DNA of 64,000 bases from Elusimicrobia bacterium RIFOXYA2_FULL_47_53. GTDB taxonomy: Bacteria; Elusimicrobiota; Endomicrobiia; Endomicrobiales; XYA2-FULL-47-53. Below the pieces are notes generated by a model. It did not search any database and was not told the DNA's origin. It was given only the letters and a program-made list of their open reading frames with translations. Position 1 is the first letter of the stretch. Each line of letters begins with the position of its first letter. A program made the translations under genes and the position numbers. Shown in pieces: positions 57,924 to 64,000 of the stretch. The stretch spans positions 121,749 through 185,748 of the forward strand of contig MGVE01000001.1 in the NCBI GenBank assembly GCA_001800315.1, read 5' to 3'.

Positions 57924-58952
57924 TTATCTATTTTTGGGGAATTTGTCAAACAGGAGGGAAATGGCGTCTTTTTTTGACTTGAAAGCGCCGTTATTTATGG
58001 CAGTCAGAATATCCTTAAAAGAGGGCCCGGGCTTATAGCCGAGATTAATCAAGTCCTTTCCGGTGAGCAGGGGTTTCTTATTTTTGCCGGCAATAGCGCG
58101 TACCCCCGACTTTAAACCGCGAGCTATCCTGAGATCCTTTAAAACCTTCTCCCGGGTTCCGCTGTCCAAATGAGCCGTTAATGCACGCAGTTTGACGGCG
58201 ATAGAAGCCCCGGTTTTTACGCCCTTTAATGCGGAAACACCGGCTTGAGGAAATACGACACTTAAGACCCCCCACTTTACCAGCAGTTTCATGGCTGCGT
58301 AAGGATTATTATCTTCCAGAATCTCCAAAATCTCTTCCCGCACTCTTTCCGCTGAAAGCCCTGACACAAAAGTACAGGATTCGGCAGCCAGCTTTGCTGT
58401 TTTTCCTTCAATCCTGTAACCTCTGGACGCAAAACGCGCCAGGCGGAAAATCCTGGTCGGATCATCGCGGAAACTGTTGCCGTGAATAACTCTGAGAGTT
58501 TTGGCTCCGAGATCTTTTAATCCGCCCGTAAAATCGCTGACTGTTCCAAAATCGGAACCGGAGAGAGAGGCAGCCAGAGCGTTTATAGTGAAATCGCGCC
58601 GCAGCATGTCATCGCGGAGCGTGCCCGGCGCCACGACGGGAAGCCTGGCCGGGGCAGGATAAACCTCGTTTCTCGCCGTTACAAAATCTATATGGGCGTT
58701 TTTGGCCGGAGAAAGAGTATATGTCATAAACCGCGGGTGCGATACAACTTTTACGCGCCATTTCTCAGACAGGTATTTAACCAGTTTGTGCGGGTTTATC
58801 TCGGAAACGACATCAATATCGCGGGTTTTTCCTCCCAGGAGAATATCCCTTACGGCTCCGCCCACAAGATAGGTCCTGATGCCGAGTTTGTCCGAAGCAA
58901 AGGATATGTCTTTAAGATACCTGTTGTTAAACCTGTTTTTGTTTATTTTCAT
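57924..58952 (-). CDS. tRNA nucleotidyltransferase (class II CCA family)
   Basis: VGGAVRD, DID, RRDFTINA, SF.DDPTRI.R..RF, ER. Confidence 0.9.
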   Translation of the reverse strand: MKINKNRFNNRYLKDISFASDKLGIRTYLVGGAVRDILLGGKTRDIDVVSEINPHKLVKYLSEKWRVKVVSHPRFMTYTLSPAKNAHIDFVTARNEVYPAPARLPVVAPGTLRDDMLRRDFTINALAASLSGSDFGTVSDFTGGLKDLGAKTLRVIHGNSFRDDPTRIFRLARFASRGYRIEGKTAKLAAESCTFVSGLSAERVREEILEILEDNNPYAAMKLLVKWGVLSVVFPQAGVSALKGVKTGASIAVKLRALTAHLDSGTREKVLKDLRIARGLKSGVRAIAGKNKKPLLTGKDLINLGYKPGPSFKDILTAINNGAFKSKKDAISLLFDKFPKNR

Positions 58953-59262
58953 TTTGTTTGCCGCGCCGCCTTATAAAATAGTATGCCGCCGCCGCTGCCA
59001 GCAGCGCTACCGGAAGAAGTTTCCAGCCGTATTTTGCCGAGAGTCTTTTGGCCAAACTCATGCCTTCCGGTCCGGCAAGATAAAACCCCAGGGCGAGCAT
59101 TCCCCACGATATGGCGTAAACGGCGGTTCCAATCGCGATATAATATTTTTTGCCGGTTTTTTTCGCGAGATAAGCGAAATAAATAATGCCCCCCCAGCCT
59201 ACCGGCTGGTTAGTCACAAGCAGTATAAGGCCGGCGATAAAGCGCGTCGTCATGTGTTCCAT
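58927..59262 (-). CDS. Small membrane hypothetical protein
   Basis: Three hydrophobic segments; start overlaps the ATPase stop (TAATG). Confidence 0.7.
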   Translation of the reverse strand: MEHMTTRFIAGLILLVTNQPVGWGGIIYFAYLAKKTGKKYYIAIGTAVYAISWGMLALGFYLAGPEGMSLAKRLSAKYGWKLLPVALLAAAAAYYFIRRRGKQNENKQKQV

Positions 59263-61973
59263 TATTGATTGGCCGCCTGTGAGGGGCTCATTTTCTTTCT
59301 GATAAAAGCCTTCGCTGCTTCCATGGAAACGAAAACCGCGGCTCCCAGATAGAAGATCAGGCTTAAGTCGCGAAATGAAGGCATGTTAATTCCGAAGGAT
59401 GACCTTACCGACGGTATCTGCACCAGCGCGAAAAGAAGCGCCAGCTCCCAGAAAATCGCAATCAAAAGCCATTTGTGAGGCGGAGCCTTAAAGACGCTGT
59501 ATTTCATGGACCGGAAGTTCAGCGCTATTATAAGTTCAACTATTATAAACATAAAAAACATTTCCGTCCGCGCGTGGGCGATATCGGTCAGGTCATGAAA
59601 AAATATAAAGTAAAAGAAAGGTATCTCTATAAACAGCGCCAGGGCGATAAAAGCCTTAACATCAAAAGAAAACACGCTCTCGCGGGGATTTCTCGGCGGC
59701 CTGTTCATGATATCCGGGTCGGCCGGTGCCACGCCTAAAGCCAGAGCCGGGAGTCCGTCAGTGCCGAGGTTGATATAAAGAATGGCGGCCGGCAAAAGGG
59801 GCAGGTATTCCGGCCCCAGTATAAGAACCACCCCTCCGATAACCACGACCTCCACTATATTACAGCGCAGCAGGTAGGTGAGATATTTTTTTATATTGTC
59901 GTAGATCCATCTGCCCAATTCAATGGCCTTGACGATGGTCGCGAAATTGTCGTCGTTTAGCACCATGTCGGCCGCTTCCTTTGTAACCTCGGTTCCGGTA
60001 ATTCCCATGGCGATGCCGATATCGGCGTGTTTTAAAGCCGGCGCGTCATTGACTCCGTCACCGGTCATGGCGACCACTTCGCCGCACTTCTTCCAGGCGT
60101 TGACAATTTTAAGCTTGTCCATGGGCGAAACGCGCGCGTAAACCGAAACTTTTCGCACGATTTTTTGCAGGTCCTCGTCAGACATTTTTTCAAGTTCTTC
60201 TCCGGTTAAGACCAGGTCCCCCTCAGTGTAAAAACCAATTTCTCTGGCGACAGAGACCGCGGTAAGCTTATGGTCTCCTGTTATCATAACAGGTTTAATG
60301 TGAACCCGCCTGCAGATTTTAGTGGCCTCAATAACCTCGGCCCTGGGAGGGTCCATCATGCCCGCGAGACCGATAAAAACCATATCACTTTCTATGGCCT
60401 CTTCGGAATAACTCTGCTGTTCGCCTATCACCTTATAAGAAAGGCCGAGAACTCTCAGCGCGTTTTTGGCAAATTCTTCATTGGTGTATAATAGTTTTTT
60501 TCGGCTCTCGTCAGTTAAGTCAGATTCTCCCGCGCCTTCTGATATTTTGGCGCACCTGCCTAAAATAGTTTCCGGGGCCCCTTTCATAAAGGCGACAACT
60601 CTGCCGTCGGCCATTTTGTGAACGGTTGTCATCCTCTTTCTCTCGGAGCTGAAAGGGAATTCGTGTATTCGTTTGTTTGATTTCTTTAACTCATCAACAG
60701 ACAATCCCTTTTTGGAAGCCGCCACAAGCAGAGCCGCCTCCGTTGAATCTCCCTTTACGGACCATTTTCCGTCATCAAGAGAAAGCTCGGAATCGTTGCA
60801 TAAAACGCCGCATAACAGGAGCAGTTTTAATTTTTCTTCGTCTTCGTTCTTAAGCCCGACAAATTCTCCCTCGGGCGCGTAGCCCGAACCCGTAACCCCA
60901 ACGGTTCCGCTGCCCAGCGCGATATTTCTTATAGTCATTTCGCCTTTGGTAAGCGTGCCGGTTTTGTCCGAGCAGATTACGGTGGTGCAGCCCAGGGTTT
61001 CCACGGCGGGCATTTTTCTTACAAGAGCGTTGTTTTTTGCCATTTTATGCATGCCTATAGCCAGAGCGCCTGTTACTATAGCGGCCAGCGCCTCCGGCAC
61101 GGCGGCAACCGCCAGGGCAATGCCGAACATGGTAATTTTGACGACAAAACTCAGATTGACGCTTCCACCCAGGTATTCTCTTATTATGCTGACCGCAATT
61201 ACTATCAGGCAGATGGCTATTGAGGAAATGCTGAGCCATTTGCCTATCTCGTCAGTCCTTTTTTCAAGAGGAGTTTTTTCGGTTTTTATTGCCGTGACCT
61301 CACGGGCGATCTTGCCGAATTCCGTGTTCATGCCGGTGGAGGTGACCACAGCCATGCCTCTTCCGTAGGTCACGGTGGTTCCGGCAAAGAGCATATTGCT
61401 TCTGTCGTTTACGGGCGCGCTCTCGTCAACCGGCGTAGTTTCTTTTTCCGCGGGAAAGGATTCCCCTGTTAGGGATGCCTCGTCGCATTTAAGGGAGTGT
61501 GCTTTTATCAGCCTCGCGTCAGCCGGCACCTTGTCGCCTGCTTCAAGCAGGAGAATGTCTCCCGGCACCAGCTCCTTGGAAGGCACCTTTTGTCTGGACG
61601 AACCCCTTAGAACCGTGGTAGTGGGCGAAAGCATTTTTTTGAGGGCGTCTAAAGCTTTCTCTGCCCTGTATTCCTGAATAAAACCCAGTATTGCCACAAA
61701 AAAAACAATCAACGCTATGATGCCGGCATCAATGTATTCCCCCACAAGCGCGGAAAGCACAATAGCGACAAGCAGGATTATAACGAGCACATTGTTGAAT
61801 TGATTGATGAATGTTTTAAAAGCCGAGGTTTTCTCTTCCTTACTGAGCTCGTTAAGCCCGTATTTTTGCGCGCGGATACCGACTTCCGCGTCACTTAAGC
61901 CCGTTTCGGAGTTTGTGTTCAGTTCGCTTAAAACACCGGCGGTTTCAATCGCATGCCACGCTTTAGAATCCAT
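59262..61973 (-). CDS. P-type ATPase, SERCA-like type IIA (probable Ca2+)
   Basis: TGES, PEAL, DKTGTLT, KGAPE, MDPPR, TGDGVNDAPAL, NLGTD. Confidence 0.92.
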   Translation of the reverse strand: MDSKAWHAIETAGVLSELNTNSETGLSDAEVGIRAQKYGLNELSKEEKTSAFKTFINQFNNVLVIILLVAIVLSALVGEYIDAGIIALIVFFVAILGFIQEYRAEKALDALKKMLSPTTTVLRGSSRQKVPSKELVPGDILLLEAGDKVPADARLIKAHSLKCDEASLTGESFPAEKETTPVDESAPVNDRSNMLFAGTTVTYGRGMAVVTSTGMNTEFGKIAREVTAIKTEKTPLEKRTDEIGKWLSISSIAICLIVIAVSIIREYLGGSVNLSFVVKITMFGIALAVAAVPEALAAIVTGALAIGMHKMAKNNALVRKMPAVETLGCTTVICSDKTGTLTKGEMTIRNIALGSGTVGVTGSGYAPEGEFVGLKNEDEEKLKLLLLCGVLCNDSELSLDDGKWSVKGDSTEAALLVAASKKGLSVDELKKSNKRIHEFPFSSERKRMTTVHKMADGRVVAFMKGAPETILGRCAKISEGAGESDLTDESRKKLLYTNEEFAKNALRVLGLSYKVIGEQQSYSEEAIESDMVFIGLAGMMDPPRAEVIEATKICRRVHIKPVMITGDHKLTAVSVAREIGFYTEGDLVLTGEELEKMSDEDLQKIVRKVSVYARVSPMDKLKIVNAWKKCGEVVAMTGDGVNDAPALKHADIGIAMGITGTEVTKEAADMVLNDDNFATIVKAIELGRWIYDNIKKYLTYLLRCNIVEVVVIGGVVLILGPEYLPLLPAAILYINLGTDGLPALALGVAPADPDIMNRPPRNPRESVFSFDVKAFIALALFIEIPFFYFIFFHDLTDIAHARTEMFFMFIIVELIIALNFRSMKYSVFKAPPHKWLLIAIFWELALLFALVQIPSVRSSFGINMPSFRDLSLIFYLGAAVFVSMEAAKAFIRKKMSPSQAANQ

Positions 61974-62021
61974 AAAGTTCCTTCCTTAAGATTATGAATG
62001 TTTTTAACGAAATAAGGCGGG

Positions 62022-62678
62022 TTATTCACTGACAACAAGTTTCTTGTCTAATTTCCATTTTTTGTCGTGCTCAAGAAGCTGCAGGAATTTTCTGTATGAC
62101 GAGAGATGCTGGTTGTGTTTGATGAGGCAGGAAAGGCCTGCGATAAAGTCGTCTCTTTCCGATGCTTTGCTGGCTTTCGGTTTCGGGAGAACTCTCGGCA
62201 TGTCTTTAGGCCTTGCCAGAGCGGGATGAAGTTTAATCAGGGCCAGTTCCAGCTCTTTGGCCATATGTTCAAGTATTCTTACTTCGTCGTTAAAGGCATC
62301 GTCATTTTTTATAATTTCAACAAGCGTATCCATCCCGAAAACAAGCATGGGTTCGTATTTTATGGATTTTGTGTCCCCGAGCTCGGACATCGCGTTCTTG
62401 AAATCCTTTTCCATTTTATCGCGCCAGTGCGCGGCCTGATGAGAAAAACTTGACGGATAGACAAAAGCGATGAGCTCTGAGGCGGGGTCATGATAAAGCA
62501 CAAAATGCTCGGCGTAAAAAATCTCTCTGCAGTTCGGGCAGCAGACAACATTGACCTCGCCGGCTATAAGAGATTCTTTCAGCTCAGGGTCTTCGTTTAC
62601 ATTTATGGCGTTGTAGAGCTCGGCCTCAAAAACTTCTCCGCACGGGCATACAATCTCTTCAAGTTTTAAAAATGACAT
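62022..62678 (-). CDS. CpXC domain-containing (Zn-ribbon) protein
   Basis: CPCG...INV..DPEL...CPNC...LYHDP. Confidence 0.8.
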   Translation of the reverse strand: MSFLKLEEIVCPCGEVFEAELYNAINVNEDPELKESLIAGEVNVVCCPNCREIFYAEHFVLYHDPASELIAFVYPSSFSHQAAHWRDKMEKDFKNAMSELGDTKSIKYEPMLVFGMDTLVEIIKNDDAFNDEVRILEHMAKELELALIKLHPALARPKDMPRVLPKPKASKASERDDFIAGLSCLIKHNQHLSSYRKFLQLLEHDKKWKLDKKLVVSE

Positions 62679-62701
62679 ATTCCCTCGTAAATTACAGGGA
62701 T

Positions 62702-62730
62702 ATAATAACAGAAAAAATATATTAAATCAA
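62702..62730 (-). promoter_or_regulatory. Probable sigma70 promoter
   Basis: TTGATT-17 nt-TATTAT with extended -10 TG. Confidence 0.5.
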
Positions 62731-62763
62731 TAGAATAACGGCCGCGGCTTACGAAAATACTCC

Positions 62764-62808
62764 AAAACAAAGCGCCTCTGTTCTGTTTAAGAGAACCGAG
62801 GCGCTTTG
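62764..62808 (-). terminator. Intrinsic terminator after YeiH-like gene
   Basis: Stem CAAAGCGCCTC/GAGGCGCTTTG (plus inner GTTCT/AGAAC) followed by TTTT on the minus strand. Confidence 0.8.
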
Positions 62809-62829
62809 TGAAACTTTTAAGAGCTTAAA

Positions 62830-63870
62830 TCAGATAATCGTCATGAAAATCCCGAATCCGACCGCGAAGGCTATAAGAGAGACCGCGAGCGGCACCCATA
62901 GCTTTTTAAAGACGCCGAGAAAATTCGCGTTCATTCCGACAGAAGCGAGTACGGTCGCGAGCGAAATAGTTCCGATCTGGCCCGCAAGCTCGGAGATAGC
63001 CTTATTCTTGCCGATGTCCGAGTAGGTCCAGTACAATCCGAAGGCCACAAAGACAAGCAAAAACCACGGCAGTACTATTTTTCTGCGCAATATAAAGGTA
63101 ACACACGGGATGTAGAGCACCAGCAGGGCCACTCTCATGGATTTAAGCGCCATTCCGGCTTTCACCAAAGGCGCTTCAAGAGGAGACAAGCCTACTTTGC
63201 AAAAACCCGTCTGCTGGACGAAGAAGCCGACTGCCTGGGCGTACAACTCAGGGGCGAGCCATTTCAACACGAAAGTCAGCATAAAGAATGTTGTTATTAC
63301 TGTCAGGATGGTGTTTAACACAAGCGCTGTGGCGGTGTCGTCGGGCTCGGCTTCCACAAAGGGGCTTGTCATGGCTATCGCAGAGGCTCCGCACACAGCC
63401 GAACCAAAACCCAGGAGGAAGCACAGTTTTTCGCCTAACCCGAATTTCCTGCCGACAAAATAAATTATCGCGAAGGTCAGGATCATCGTTCCCACAAGGC
63501 CGAGAAGCACTAAAGGGTTTATCTCGGTCAACAGCTTGAAGTTAAGGCTCTTGCCGTAAAAAATAATTCCGATGGGAATAAAGAATACCTGCGCCATCAA
63601 GATGCCGGGAAGCACCTTAAAATATGTTTTGCTTGTGCCGATTATCATTCGTATCAACAGCCCGATTAATATCGCGACCACCATAGCGTCAAACAGATTG
63701 CCGGCATGTCCGCCAACGGCATTTTTTCCCCAGGCGGCTATGAGGGGCGCGGAATATCCGAGGCCAAGAGAGAGCAGAAAGCCTATCCACACATCTTTAA
63801 GCAGGTTGCCGATGTTGACATTTGAAAAATTCATCTGAGACGGAAAGAATACCTCTTTAATGCTGCCCAT
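62830..63870 (-). CDS. YeiH/UPF0324 (putative sulfate exporter) membrane protein
   Basis: About 10 TMs, GSAVCGASAI, K..RV..L, LPWFL..F. Confidence 0.85.
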   Translation of the reverse strand: MGSIKEVFFPSQMNFSNVNIGNLLKDVWIGFLLSLGLGYSAPLIAAWGKNAVGGHAGNLFDAMVVAILIGLLIRMIIGTSKTYFKVLPGILMAQVFFIPIGIIFYGKSLNFKLLTEINPLVLLGLVGTMILTFAIIYFVGRKFGLGEKLCFLLGFGSAVCGASAIAMTSPFVEAEPDDTATALVLNTILTVITTFFMLTFVLKWLAPELYAQAVGFFVQQTGFCKVGLSPLEAPLVKAGMALKSMRVALLVLYIPCVTFILRRKIVLPWFLLVFVAFGLYWTYSDIGKNKAISELAGQIGTISLATVLASVGMNANFLGVFKKLWVPLAVSLIAFAVGFGIFMTII

Positions 63871-63879
63871 TTTGGCCTC

Positions 63880-63999
63880 CTATTTTAGATTTGCTGGCAG
63901 GACAATACCTGAATCGTTGGCGTAAGGAGCTATGGCGCCTTTCATAAGCATTAAGGCAACCGTTCCGGCTATTTTCTCGTAGGAAGCAACAACCGCCGT
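63880..63999 (-). CDS. 3' end of an unidentified CDS entering from the window edge
   Basis: Open frame ...TAVVASYEKIAGTVALMLMKGAIAPYANDSGIVLPANLK*, whose stop abuts the GGAGG SD of the next gene. Confidence 0.55.
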   Translation of the reverse strand, partial: TAVVASYEKIAGTVALMLMKGAIAPYANDSGIVLPANLK

Positions 64000-64000
64000 A

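Noticed and set aside
187-63838. Roughly one hundred plus-strand and nested alternative-frame ORFs in the track (e.g. 3065-3727, 9334-9972, 49705-50445)
   Set aside because: They lie antisense to or inside well-supported genes and have no recognisable motifs, so they are shadow ORFs.

Overview
A 64-kb stretch of bacterial chromosome in which every credible gene (59 CDS including two edge fragments) lies on the minus strand. Most of it is housekeeping: kdsD, trpEGDCF, lepB, hisD-B-H-A-F-I, murA-prmC-prfA, rpmE, rho, coaE-polA, trxB/tlpA/trxA, larBC, dusB, tsaD, ftsX-envC-ctpA-yibQ, csaB, glgA-galT, scpAB, trpS, a tRNA nucleotidyltransferase and a P-type ATPase. The organism is a diderm (kdsD, outer-membrane barrel). 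Elusimicrobiota is my best guess from gene style, but this is unverified. The stand-out is an accessory block at about 21.1-40.5 kb. It holds an orphan MotA plus two different MotB stator subunits with a 599-aa coiled-coil partner, and there are no flagellar genes in the window. Downstream are a Kelch/Ig surface protein with a T9SS-like C-terminal sorting domain, a PorV-like barrel-TPR fusion, a TPR-TM-HEAT membrane protein, three hybrid kinases and two stand-alone receivers. Non-coding signals include several near-perfect sigma70 promoters, a C-loop hairpin leader or sRNA, a rut-like rho leader, and three REP/MITE-like palindromic repeats. No rRNA, tRNA, CRISPR array or transposase was seen. 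All calls come from reading motifs by eye; no database search was run.
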